Of a DNA stretch of 64,000 nt, positions 12,958-26,187 are shown one piece after another (position 1 is the stretch's first letter; every line of letters starts with the position of its first letter). Position numbers and translations under genes: made by a program. Origin of the DNA: Podarcis melisellensis (lineage: Eukaryota); NCBI GenBank assembly GCA_964234715.1, contig OZ174291.1. One strand, given 5' to 3'. The notes below the pieces were generated by a model. The model had not been told where the DNA came from. It searched no databases and saw only the letters and a list, made by a program, of their open reading frames with translations.

Positions 12958-15339
12958 TCTGTGCCATGTGAGAACGACACAACCAGATCAGCACCACAAT
13001 CCAACTCTGTTTGCAGAAGCCCTCGACGCCAGAGTGCCGCAGCACACGCAAGGCGCATCATCACTCACTCCTAGGCCACAGACATGTTTTATTATAAGCA
13101 ATTGCCGCTGCCTTGCCGCGATGGTGGGAATTGATGGAGAATGAAACACGCAACGAGCTCATCAGAAACTCTCCAGGGGCTGAACGGGAGGGGGAAGGCA
13201 GACGGAGAGAGGGGTTTGCAACGAGTCCCTGGAACTGGCTGACAACAACAGTTCTTGCAGGCAAACACAGAGATCCAGAGAGGTCAGTGCGTAAGGAGCA
13301 TTGATTAAGCAGGGAGGCAACGATTGCTAGTAACAGATATTAAGACATCTCCATCAAGGCAGCCACACTCCTCTGGAAATGAAGATAGGATATCTCCGCC
13401 GTGTTGGAGGCAGGAGAAAAATGAGAGATGAATCACACGCAAGGCATTAAGGTTGTCCGGGGTGTGGGGGGTAGAGATTAGAGCTGTCTTGCTTGGCTTT
13501 GGTCCCTACTCTAAGCATGTTCTGATGTCCCAGATTTGATTATACCATGCAAATTAAGATTAAGATGTCTTCCACCATGAGTCCCGAGGAGACACTGGCC
13601 AAGTCAGGATAAGCTGTGGGTGGAGTTGGGAAGGGCTCAGCAGGATGGAACAGGCAGCTTGGCAACAGAGGAGTCACCCCAAGAGAAGTTATGGTCAAGG
13701 AGTCGGGTCCTGAGGAGGGACCCAGTGGCATATTGCCCCAGCACTCTGCCCCATCCCCTCTGACGTCACCCAGGTGCTCTGTACCCACTTCAGCCCCGGC
13801 TCCTGTGCCAGCCTCACCTCTGGCACTACTCGGGCCTGCCCCCATCCCATCCTCTCAGGAGAAGTCCACCGCCCAGTGTCATTCAGAGCTGGCACTAATG
13901 CTCCCTCCACCATCGAGGACTTGGGAGACACCAGCACAGGCGTGAACAGACAGCTCAGGCGTAGACCACCAGAAAGAGCTCCCGTTTGTTTGACCATTAA
14001 AAAGGAACATCCTGCTTGCTGCTCTAAAGTTGTGCACACACCCTTCCCATATGATGTAGTGTAGTTCGCTGCTTCAGTGTTTTAGCTTGCTTAGCACTGC
14101 AAGGCACCTGTTGTTCCTTTGAACCCTCTTTTGCTTGTGTACCATACCAATTTGAACATTAAAAGATTTCAGCAGAAAACACAGCACAAGGTCGAGTTCT
14201 TCACCCTCCAGTGACAGCCAAGGCACATGAGTCTTAGGATCCCCTCCCCGGCACCACTGATCAGCAAAACTGGACAAAGGCCAGGGATTATGGAAGTTGT
14301 AGTCTGAGAAGAAAGGCATGGTGTTATATTTGCTCTGCGGTTTGTTTGCTTCTTAAATATTAGCCTACCCCAACCTTCCTCCTCCAGATGTTTTGGACTA
14401 CATCTCCCATCAGCCCCAGTGTCTCCATCAGCCCAAGCATCATGCAAGCATCAAGCTGACTGGGCAGATGGGAGCTGCAGTCCAAAACATCAGTGCCACC
14501 CACTTCCAGCATGTGGCCCGTGGAAGGCTGCCTATGGTTATAACGGCCTTTGCGCTAAAAGGTCACGCACACCAACTGCTTAAGAGGAACCATCCTGTTC
14601 CATCGTTGCCTTTATAGGCACCTTAACTTTACAGAAGTTTCACAGTCCGGATCTTCATTTAAATCTAAAGATCAGTCAATGCCAGACAGAGGAAAGGTTA
14701 AATCAATTACAAATAATCGATCTGCTGGCAGCTTTAATCTTCGCATCCTTGGCATTAGAGTCAAAACAAGTTAAGGGCTGAGTTGATCCTCCCAAGACAA
14801 AAATAAAAAAGCCTCAAGCTGCGCCTAAACACTCGCCTTCAATTTGTCAAGAGCTCTCTGCATAGCCGCAGAGATTCCTGCCACGAGAATGCTGTACCTT
14901 CTAGTACCTCTTACTTTCTATCACCTGGACAGATAAGAGGGGCTGCCGCTGGGAAGGCAGGCTCAGCGGAGATATCAGGGATGCATTGCAGAAAGAAAGA
15001 GATAAAACAGGGAGATTAAGAGGACAGCAAAGATGGAGTTTAAGGAGGCAGGCTAGAGAATAGATGCTCAAAAGGCAGAGGAGTCTGCATCGGAAAGAGT
15101 CAAGGTAGAAGGCTGAAGCTATGCAGGAGGGAATGAAGAGGTGGGAGTGATAACCCTGGATGTGAGAAGATACTTTAAGGTTCCCCCGCCACCCTGCCTT
15201 GTAGGGATATGTCAATTCTGCAGGAGCTGCTGGGGGGACAAGGCCCTGGAAGTGGTTGTGGGTGCTCAAAAGCCGATGCCTCCAAACCGTGCATTTTTAA
15301 ATGGGACTCAAGTTTCTAAACCTCATGGCCACAGAGCAA

Positions 15340-15730
15340 AGCCTGGGAGGATGTGGGCAGTCAATGCCTGCTGAGAAGCCAGAGAGGGGAGGTCCGAATA
15401 AGGTTTATACTAGCTGAGAGTGGGGCTGAGGTGCCCGTGCCCCTCTTATGATCAAATAAAGAAGAATGTGTAAGGAGAGAAAAAGAAAATATGCAAATTA
15501 GCACTATGCAGATCATTTATTCTGGTAGCTGAGTCACGCTTCTCTCTGCTTGGATTAAGGACCTGAGCGAAAGACTGAAAATGTGCTGAAGCAGTAAGTA
15601 GATGCAGCTCCTTGTATAAAAGGAACAGAGGATGTTGCCTTCTGGTGTTGTCTGCGCTGACAGGCAGGAATGGCTCTCCAGGGTTTCAGGCAGAGACCCT
15701 CTTCCAGCCCTACGTGGAGATGCCCCCTGG
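15340..15730. repeat. Copy A of a diverged two-copy module (copy B at 35817-36250)
   Basis: Collinear similarity over several hundred bp; core 15511-15558 versus 36049-36096 is identical at 44 of 48 positions. Confidence 0.8.
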
Positions 15731-16071
15731 GAAGTGGACCTGGGACTTTCTGCATGCAAAGCAGATTATCTCCCACAGAGCAATGGCCCTGCTCCAAAAT
15801 GAAGATTTCAGTGTCTCTTGCTTCTCCTAGACTACCATGGGGCTAACAGTTCCCTGTCTCAGCACCTGCGCCAACGATAGCTAGCCATGACGGTCAGACA
15901 CAGCAGTGCTTCTGAACAGTAGTTGGTGGAAACCACAACGGGGAGAGGGGTCTTGTGCTCGGGTCCTGCTTGCAAGTTTCCCATGGTTGGCCACTGTGAG
16001 CACAGGATGATGGACTAGATGGACCTCCTTTGTCCTGGTCCAGAAGGTGATTCTTGTGTTTTCTTCTGCAC

Positions 16072-16398
16072 TTTGTGCAGTGCAGAGTTAAACTATGGAA
16101 CCCACTCCCGCAGGAGGCAGTGATGGCCACCAACTTGGATGGTTTCAAAAGAGGATTGGACCAATTCATGGAGAGGGCTATCGATGGCTACTAGCCCCAA
16201 TAGCTATGCTCTGCCTCCATGGTCAAGAAGCAGCAATGCTTTTGAATACCAGTTGTTGGGAATCACAAGGGGGCAGAGATGCTGTTACGCTCAGGACCTC
16301 CTGGAGGGCCTCCCATTGGGGCACTGGGTTGGTCACTGTCAGGACAGGATGCTAGACTAGATGGGTCATTGACCTGATCCTGCAGACTCTTCTTATGC
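16072..16398 (+). mobile_element. CR1 LINE 3' end
   Basis: Same family as 12605-12957. Confidence 0.82.
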
Positions 16399-17976
16399 TC
16401 AACACTAGGTGCTGCTCATGGTCAAGCTCTGCCACTGAACCATAGGCTTGCTGACCACTGGCCCACTGGAGCCTAGTTCCATCTTCCTCTGCCCGCTCCT
16501 CAAGACCTCACAGCAACCCTGTCACCCAAGAGCTGCCCAGCTGTAGATGGTGGGGACTGAGACTGGGGAAGATGCAGTGTCCTCTTTGCTCTGCTGCTCC
16601 CTACCGGTCCTAAAAAAGGACCTTGCAAAGTATGAAGATTTAAAATAAAAATGCAGCAACTGGGCTTTTTTTTACCTTTCCCTCTGGAGCTGCGCTTCTG
16701 ATGAGGCTTCGGTTAATTATCCACTGAGCTGTTTGCGCAGTGGGGGCCCAGTTACAAATTAAGCAGAGCGCCTCTTGCCGCTGTGAGGGGTCAAGGCTGG
16801 CAACAGTGGCACTTCAGAAACCAAATATTTACAAGCCAGATCTGTGCCCCTGAAACACAGCCACCCTGACCCAGAGCCCCCGGGTCCGCTTCCCACAATC
16901 CACAAGTAATAATTATTAATAACAGAGGCCGGTAGGCGAGTGGATCAGAGAAGGAAGGCGGGTTTCAAGGCAGGGTAAGAGGCCTCTATTCTGAGGAAAA
17001 GAAGCCGTCCTCAATTTTTAGGAATTGCCTTGCTGCATTGGGTCCAAAGCCCAGAAGTCCAGCTTCCTCTTGCCTGCGATCTTATGATTAGGGTGTCAGG
17101 CTAGGAGACCTGGGTTCAAATCCCCACTCAGCCATGAAGCTCATTTTGGGACCATCACCAGCTGTCAGTCAAGCATACCTTGGAGGACAGTTGAGAAGAC
17201 AAAATGGTGAGGTGGAGAAGGGCAGCACATGCCACCTTGCGCTCCCAGGAGGAAAGAGAGGATAGAAAGGAAATAAGCACATGAGGAGTGTTCTCCTGGA
17301 TCAGGCCAAATGTCTTCCGAATCCAGTTTCCAGCTTTCCACAATGACCAGCAAGCAAGCATGACATGGAGGCAAATTACTACAACAGCTGGCATTCAGAG
17401 ATAGAGCACTCCTGGACATGGAGTCTCCATTTAGCCAACAATTCTAATAACAGCCTCTAATAAATCTCTTGCCGCTACTACTCTCCCCTTTGAAAGCCAT
17501 CAAAGCCAGTGGCGATCAGCATAGTTTGTGGAAAGAGTTTCTCAACCTATAAGAATGTACAAAGAGTGTACTGGATGAGGCCAAAGGGAGCCCCCCCCCC
17601 ATTAAGTCCAGCATCTTGTTCTCACAGTAGCCAACCAGATGCCTCCTCTGGGAAACCTATAAGCAGGACCCAAGTCAAGAACCCTCTCCCTTCCAGGAAC
17701 TGGCACCCAGAAGCTGCCTCCGACTGTGGAAGCAGAGCAGAGCCATCATGGCTAGTAACTCAATCACCCTTTGTGGGGAAACCTTCATTTCATCAGTCCA
17801 GAGCTTACTGCAAACACGTAGCACTGGGTGACCTCGAATTCCAGCATTTACAGGAGAGGGACTGGGGAAAGGGGAGAGAAAATATCCCTTCCACTTCCTC
17901 CACAGAATAACACCCACACAAGTATTTTGCAGGCTGGCTCAATCTGCAAGGAGACTGAAGCCCTCCCACGGCTAGT

Positions 17977-17977
<1 letters not shown>

Positions 17978-18043
<66 letters not shown>
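17978..18043. repeat. (CT)n microsatellite
   Basis: Direct reading. Confidence 0.95.
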
Positions 18044-20946
18044 GCCCGCCAGCCCTCCCTGCTTGCCGCTCTTCCAGCCTTTGGGAGACTTCTGCAGTTT
18101 CTCGTTCCAGAAAGCCGCTCTCCCGTGCACCAGTGTTATTAAGCTTGTGCTATTAAAAAACCAGAGAGCAGTACAAGGAGCCAAAAGCTCCTCTCCAGCC
18201 AAAGACTTTTCAGTATTGTACATGTGTTTTATCCTCCAATTTTGCCCACGGGAAAAATATTTTTGGGGTTGCACCTTACCTCGGATGATTTTTTTTTAAC
18301 AGGCCAACCCAGGAGCTGTGCTCACCCTGTGTGTGTGTGTGCGCGCGCACGTGCGTGCGTGCGTGCAAAGAGACCCAGCAGGTGACTCAGGATATGAATC
18401 CCTGGGGACCTGTGCCCCCCACACTGAACTCTGGACAACCGCCCTCCCCACCTTCCAATAAACTGCTCACAAGGGAGACAGAGGGGTGCAACTGGTTCGC
18501 TCACATTTCCAAGGCACATTCCGTTGGGAGATTAACCCGGCTAGCCACAAGGGGCCCAGCAGGAGGAAGCAGGGGCTAAAGAGAGAGGCAAGGATCTCTC
18601 TGGTTAAGAAGAAACAGATCTGTCTTGGGTGTAACCAGACTGAACTTCATTCAGGGCCAGGCGCTTTGAGTTCTCCAGGTCAAAGGGTGAAATTGGAAAC
18701 CATCCACTGCCCAGCTGTCCCTGTCTTCTGTCCCATCCTCATAGGGATTCTGGAACAGAACGGATTGTTATGTTTTCGCTGCGGACACCCAGAATCCAGG
18801 CCCCCAGCTTGGTCTATCCCTGATGTCCTCCAGATGTTGTGCAACTACATCTCCAGTCAGCCCCAGCCGCGCTGTAAGGGAAGCCTGAGCGCTCGGAGGG
18901 GCTGCCTCACATCACACAAAGCCACCGGGCAAGATGACTCCCTCATGCTTTCCTTTGGATCCACAGTTCTATAAAGGCTAGGGCAGCCTTCCCCAACCTG
19001 GTGCCCTCCAGATTACAAGTTCCAGGCTGGAAGCTGATGGGAATTGGGCCCAAACTTCTAGAGGGCACCGGCTGGAGAAGGCTGGGCAAGGCAGGTGCTT
19101 CCTGGGTGCTCACAAACAAGGCATGGAGGAAACAGCCCCTGCTATTCAGATGTAGATGTTCTAATGGCTAATAACTACTGGCTAGAAAAGCCCAGTGAGG
19201 ACTTGGAGACTACCTAGTGGAGAGGGACTTTCCTACCCCACCCCTTGAGAAATATGAGGACTCCGTAAATATATCTACTGCGGCTTTCTAACATCTCATT
19301 TGATTTCCACTTACATTTCAAGGCTCCTCATCTGTGACCTACCACTCAGCTCCACTAGACCTCTCTGTCTGCCACCCTCTCTCTCTTCTTCCCCTGACAA
19401 AAGTGAGAGAAAAGAGACAACATTCATATCGCAGTGTGTTCAAACCATCATATTGGATTCCAGTCCAGCTCCATTGGCTTTCCTGAAAGGAAGGGTTCAG
19501 AATGGCTCTCTGCTGCCCTCTAGAGACCTGAAAGTTTTCTGTTGCTTCAAAGCTAAATTCAGATTTATTTATTTTTCCTCATGCTTTCTATACTAATTGC
19601 AGTCATGGCTTCCCAAACTCCTCTCACGCTGCAAAACAAAGAAACACACAACAATGGGAGACCACCTACCTCCCCAAGAGAAGATGTACTTTCAAAATGT
19701 GCAGCAATAAGAGCCACACACTCTCAGAGGAGCCCAGTTCCACATGCCCCTCACTAGTTTTGTTTATAGGAGAAAGGTTGGTCTGGACATGCCTCCTTGT
19801 TGGAGTCCAAACCTAGATCTTGGGATGGGGGAGGTATTTGGTCCCATTCACATATAATATGAACATGCCTGATTTGCACTTCCTGAAGCAATGCAAGAAT
19901 CAGAAACGCAGCTATCCTTCAAGATTTGCAGTCCACACACTGCATTCTACAACGGAAAAAAGCTGTGTGTAAAAATTATAGAAAGGGTGCATAAAACTGC
20001 ATATAACTATGAAAATATACAAAGATCTGCTTTAGGGAAAACTGAACATAAATAATTTATTTTAGGAGATGTGTCACGAAATGCTTGTGGGATTTCATAT
20101 TTCTGGTGCGCAAATGTGGCAAACTCCGGTTAAAATTGGAAGAATGAGAAACCGAGAGAAACCAAAACTGGCAGATTTGTCTACCCTCACCTGGAGCAGT
20201 GACTCATGCAGAGATGCAACAGGGAGCTGACCTTCTCCCCCTCCCACCAATGAATTCCAGCATCAGCCTCAGAAAACAGACCCTTTGTGGGCACTCTGAA
20301 ACTGGCAACCAAGTGTTCAAGGTGTTACACAAACATGATCAGAGCAGTTCTTACAACATCCTGGCCAGGTGAGCTGCTTTCATCAGTATTTTATGAAGAA
20401 GGGCTGGCCGGGGGCAGAGGAGGAAAGAGAAGAGGGTTTTTTTTTAAAAAAAAGGTTTTGTCCCAAAGGTGTTTTATTTCTTTAAAAAAAATGTTTAATA
20501 TAAAATCAAAATTACAAACAAGACCAAAAAAAATGATCAAAGCTACTAAGCATAACACAGGAGCAGTACTAAGGTTGTACTTTCCAAATAAATAAAGAGC
20601 AAATAATATAGAAAGAGAAATGCAGCAAGATGCATCATGAGAGCCACATTTTTTAATTTGATGGGGCAAGAGAGTTTTGCATATCTGAATTTAACACGAA
20701 AGAAAAGAATCTCACTAGACATCATTAGAAATGTTCTGGTCTTCCTCACCCTTAGAAATGCATGATTTGTGAATTACTTTCTCTGCAAAAGAGTCCACAT
20801 ATTCTTTTACCCCAGCAAGAGGACTAATCCCAACAGCTGATAACAAATCCCTGTCCATCAGTTGTCTGTTGGGGAAGGAACAAATGCATGGGACGAATTA
20901 AACAGGGTGGATCTGCCCTGGCCCACACTCAAGGGTACCATGCATA

Positions 20947-20980
<34 letters not shown>

Positions 20981-22699
20981 ATTTATGCCCACACCTTTTT
21001 CTTCGCCCCTTTCTTCATTTAATCCCCACCACTACCCTGTGAAGTAGGTTAGGCTGAGAGGCAATGAGTGGCCCAAAGACATCCAAGCAAGATTCATGAT
21101 GGCCCAGTGGGGAATTGAACCTGATCTCCCAGGTTCTTGGGTGGACACTCTAACCATTACACCACCACTGGCTCACTTTTTAAAGGAAATGGGCAGGATG
21201 GAGACATACTGGATCACATGCATATGGAAGTCCACATGAATGCTTGCATCTCCAAATGGTACACTCCGACTCCTTGAAGTGTAACCAGAAAGCACAACCC
21301 AATCAGCTCCCCTACTCCACACACTCACATTTGTCACAATGAACCCCAGAACTAAAATCAACTAAAACCTAGAAGAGTTTTAAGAATGTGACTTAAAGAA
21401 AAAGAAAGTACAATAGATGTGTGATTCATTCATTCATTCTGTCTGACGGCCCTTCAAGCTTCATTCTCGCCCCCCTGTGACAGGGGTGGTGAACGCCTGA
21501 CCTTTTTGCGATTCGGTTCTAAAATGCCAACAAGACAAAACCTGATCAGAGAGCTGTTGGCTGCCAAGATTCCTGGGCTGTTAAAAAGCAGCTAAAGCAG
21601 GATCGACCCAGGGGAGGCTGAAACGAGATACATCCAAATCTGGGGCACAACGCTGCACTCCATTAAGGCAGCCTTTGCCAACCTTAGGTCCTCCAGATGT
21701 TTTGCACTGCCACTCCCACCAGCTCCCAGCCAGCCACCATGCCAAGGGCTGGTGGGAGGTGGGTAGCCCTTTCACAAGCAACACTGGCCTATCACACAGG
21801 GCAGTCAAAAGGACTGTTGGAATAACGTGAATTGCTTTCAATGCTCATGGGCAGAGAACCCCTTTTCAGCCCAAAGAATGCATTCCCCCTTGCAGGGAAT
21901 CTCCTAGGGGGTTGCATGTCAGGTGTGGGCAGGGCCAGGTGCAAAAGTGGGTGTAGCCAAATGGGAAATGGGAGGAGCAACAGGTGCAACTTTTTCTCTT
22001 GTACAGTAGGCAATGTTCCAGCCACACAAAACCAAGAGGCTTCTGCACAAAGCAGATACGCTTCTCCATCCTGGCACACGGCTTCAAGTTCACTTTTTGG
22101 CAAAGCAAACACACTTGAGGAGATGGGCAGAGAAGAGCTTGAAAGGAGTGCCACCCAGGAAGGGTCCTGAGAGCCAGAGAGAGGGGTGTTTGCCCCCTGC
22201 CCCCACCCCGATCCCAAGTTCCCCACACCCCAGACATAACTGGGCAGCTGCAAATAAGTAGCAGCTTTTAAAGGGTTACATATTTGAGTGATGCTGCCGT
22301 CTTATTTTTAGGAATTTTACTGCTTAGACTGTCTTACTGATTTGTTACTTCAAGTACTGCTATTAATCGACTGATTGCCAGCCATCCTGAAATATTTTAA
22401 ATAGAAAAGGCAGGCTATGATCATTTCAAATCAATTATTAGAGTGGCTAAAGACTCACATTTATTTATTTATTTATTTATTTATTTAAGGTCATTAATCC
22501 GCACAAAGCTGCTTTGCTCTCGTGAATTCTTACACCGCAGGGGGTCATTTTGGGGCTGGCGTGGGAATTTTTTTTGGGGGGGATGATGGTTGTGCTTTCA
22601 GTAAGTCCAGCTGATCTCTCTCCGCAGGGGAGGAGCAGGGGAGGCAAAAAAACAACCAGAGGAATTTCATTGTGCCTCACAAGTGGTTCAATAAATGTT

Positions 22700-23400
22700 T
22701 CATTAATATTATTATTCCAGACAATTTGTAAGCTGGTTGATTGTGAAATACCACAAATAAGTTTTCAAAAGAATAAAACAATAAAATCAGTTTAAAAGGA
22801 TTTAAAATCAGAAATAAATAAAAAAAGGATAGATACGCAAGTCAGGAGTCTACATATCTGAGCAGGCTTGTCTAAACAAAAATGCTTTTATCAAGAGCTG
22901 AAAAGAGTACAGCAAAAAGTGTACTGATGTCAAAAGGCAGGGAGTTCCAAAGTGTGGATGCTGCCACATGGAAAGACAGATTTCTTACAAAATCTGTACC
23001 TGTAACAGTGCCAGTTCTGCATATCTAAGCTGCCGAGTGGGCATATATGGGGTAAGGTGATTTTGCAAGTAAACTGGTCTCAAGTCCTCCAGGGCTTTAT
23101 ATACTAAAGGTAACACCTTACACTTGGCCCAATAGCAAATGGGCAACCACAGCTGATCTCTGAGCAGAGTGTTAAAAGCTGATAGGGTCTTGCTCCCGTC
23201 AGCAAACATGCTGCAGCATTCTGCACTAAATAGAGTTTCCAGATCAAGCACAAGGGAAGCCCCACACAGAGCGTGTTGCAGTAATCCAACCTTGAAGTAA
23301 CCAATGCATGAAGTACTGTGGCCAAACTTTCCCGATCCAGGAATGGTTGCAGCTGCTGCACCAGTCGCAGCTGGTAAAAGGTGCTTCTAGCCACTGAGTT
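22700..23400 (-). mobile_element. L2-clade LINE 3' fragment (degraded)
   Basis: Minus-strand ORFs carry VTSRLDYCN, QNAAA and LWLPI...KVLPLVYKAL motifs with a frameshift. Confidence 0.85.
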
Positions 23401-23510
23401 GGACCCAGAAGAACCTCAGACTGAAAACCTGCAAACACCCCAGGGGGAGTTTTGTTTTGCTGGTCCTGTTTAATGTCACTGGAAATGTGGTGGAGAATAA
23501 TGTTAAGGTC

Positions 23511-24186
23511 TGTTATGAGAAATATAAGGACTAAGATATAAAATAAATTCTCATAAATGTACCAGGCAAACATATACATAAATATATAAACTACGTCTGA
23601 AACAGTACAGGAAAACAGTCCTCAAACCATTTTGACTCTCCCAAATTGACCTCAAATGTTTCTCTGCAAGGAGGAAGGAAATGGAAAAACCTTCCCATAG
23701 TCTCTTTGCTCACAGATCCTGTCTCAGGGGCCTACCATATCTGTGTATGACTAGGGTGAGCCTGTGGCCTGGATTCAGGAACTGAGTATTTACCATCACA
23801 AAAGAACGGCCAGGATGCCCAGGTAAAAGCAATCAGTGACCATTATAAGGTATCCTGGCAGACAGGTTTTCTGCTGTAGACCACCCCTTCAGTGATGTAT
23901 ATATGATGTATTGGGGGGTGGCCCTGAGCTACAGGGTAGCAATTTCAAAAATCTATATAAGAGCTTGCACACCAATGTTCTGGGTTCCTCCTCCCTCCTT
24001 CGTGGGGGCGGGGTGAGCACCCTGTTGCAACAGTTTAATAAAGATAAAGCTTACTAGCTGCTTTGATTCTCAATATTCTCTGGTTGGCCTCTGTTATTTT
24101 CTCCTACCGATAGTGAACCTACATAAGGACTCGATTCGGGCTGTTGGGTACCCCATAAAGGGAAGGGTGCAGTTTTTCTTATAACA
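23511..24186 (+). mobile_element. ERV-type solo LTR (676 bp)
   Basis: Inverted termini TGTTATGAGAAA...TTTCTTATAACA, 4-bp TSD GGTC (23507-23510 and 24187-24190), TATATAA at 23954-23960, AATAAA at 24037-24042. Confidence 0.85.
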
Positions 24187-24860
24187 GGTCTTTGGTTCTT
24201 ATCTTTTTGAAAAGAATTTTTGTTTAAAAAAATCCATAATGCAGTAAAATTATAACTGCAAAAAATAGAAATCGAAGAAGTAGAATTTTGAGTCCTCTCT
24301 TAAAAGTAATTCTTAGCCCTTACCACCCACAGAGGACAGTAGCTCCTCCCAGCTCTCACCTGGGAGACTGACATTTCCCTGTCTCTCACCCAGGGCCCTC
24401 CATTAACCATCTACCACTCCCACGGGTATACAATCTCTGGACCTGGATAAAGGTCGCAGACATAGGACTCCAAAGAAATAAGAAAAGAAGAGAAACAAAG
24501 AAGAGAATAAGAAAAAAAGACAGAAAGGGACAATAAAAAGAAAGAGAGACGGACAAGGAAAAAGAAACACTGGAGATCAAGATACAAAAATAAAACTTTT
24601 GATTTTCCTTCTACCAGTAACATAAAAAAAAGAAAAGGGATCATTCAAAACATTCAGTCCATGCTTTTATCTTTTTGATGGGTGCAAAAAATTGTGTGGG
24701 CAAGTAAATGGAAGGACCGGAATCTGCCATCTGTTTCGGAATGGCTCATGAAAAGTGTTGGCAGCGATGAATGCATGTGGAGAGATGGAATTGCTTTGTG
24801 GATTATCGACATGAGAAATATAGAAATGGAAGATTAGAAAGGTACTTTTTTAATCTAGAT

Positions 24861-25493
24861 CACAGCTTCCCAAACTTTTTGGGGGGTCCTGCCCTCTTGT
24901 TTCCATAAACTCATCCCCAGTGTTCCTGAACCCTATCCTACAAAACTCATTATTCACAATAGTGGTTTGCACAACCGCTTGTAAGGAAGACAATAACACA
25001 ATAAAATTCAAAGCAGTGGCAATTAATTGCACACTTATTCAAACTCCAATTAAAACTATTTAGTTCAATCTGACAAAATTCATAACTTGGATACAGTGAC
25101 ACCAGACAGCACATGAAAAAATACTTTTACACATTCTTACTAATGAAAACTTAAGGGTGAAGGAAATTTGTAACTACTTACCAAACATGCCCAAAACCTT
25201 CACCTACCACAGATGTACGGTACTTAATTTGTAAGTAAATCAATAGCCATTACCAATAAATAGCAATCCCATGACTTGTGACACCTCAGAATGATAAATA
25301 CAAACGAATGTGACCGAAGCAAATAGCTTTGAAAGTGAGGAAGGTGTTTCGCTCCAGGCTGCAGCCTGGTCAATCTTAAATAAGCGATCAATACACTCGA
25401 CGTGGCTCACCTCCAGCACTCCCTTGCTTGCAGCACCCCCTAAGTAATCCCACTGCCCCCCGGGGGCAGTATCACCCACCCTAAGAACCACAG
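24861..25493. mobile_element. hAT-Charlie-like non-autonomous element
   Basis: 8-bp TSD ATCTAGAT (24853-24860 and 25494-25501) fits the NTCTAGAN target preference; TIRs are degenerate. Confidence 0.7.
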
Positions 25494-25944
25494 ATCTAGA
25501 TTATGCATTTGACTATGCCTTCCTTTGCTTATCAATGCATTATACTTTTTCTATTAAAAAAACCCCTATAGAAATAATATTTTGTGTGGCCAAGGGCAAG
25601 CGACGACTCAAAACCCAATTCATGATACGCAATATGGTTATTAAAACAACAACAACAAACGAATGAATACTGACAAGGATATGAGAGAAGGGCATTTGGA
25701 GAAGCCATGTGAGGGCCACAGGTCCTTCCCCTTCGCCCATTCCAAAACCCTGAACAATGGAGGACCCTGAGGCAAGGGACTGCTGATGCAAGATGAGTCT
25801 GGCTCAGGCAAACAGCTTAAACAAACAGGACATTGCCAGGGGAGGTGAAAGCTGAAAAGAAAATAGCTGCAGAAATTAAGAGCGGAGACAGGGAGATGAC
25901 TAGAAAGCAAAATAAACAAAACGTCAAAAAAGGTAGAAGATTCA

Positions 25945-26162
25945 AAAGACTCTAGAGCAGGAAGGAACAAATTCATGGAGGAGAGGTCTGTTGATGGCTA
26001 CAAGCCATGATGGCTGTGCTCTGCCTCCACACTCGAAGGCAGCAATGCTGGAAATTGCAGGAGGGGAGAGGGCTCTTGTCCTGCTTGCGGGTTTCCCAGA
26101 AGAGGCATTTGATTGACCAGTGGGCCACTGGCCTGATCCAGCAGGCTCTTCTTACATTCTTA
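25945..26162 (+). mobile_element. CR1 LINE 3' end
   Basis: Same family, internally deleted. Confidence 0.72.
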
Positions 26163-26187
26163 GGTTTTGCCCCTAAAATGCCCCAGG

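Noticed and set aside
13526-14040. Possible LTR-like segment
   Set aside because: Could not identify matching TG...CA termini with a target-site duplication.
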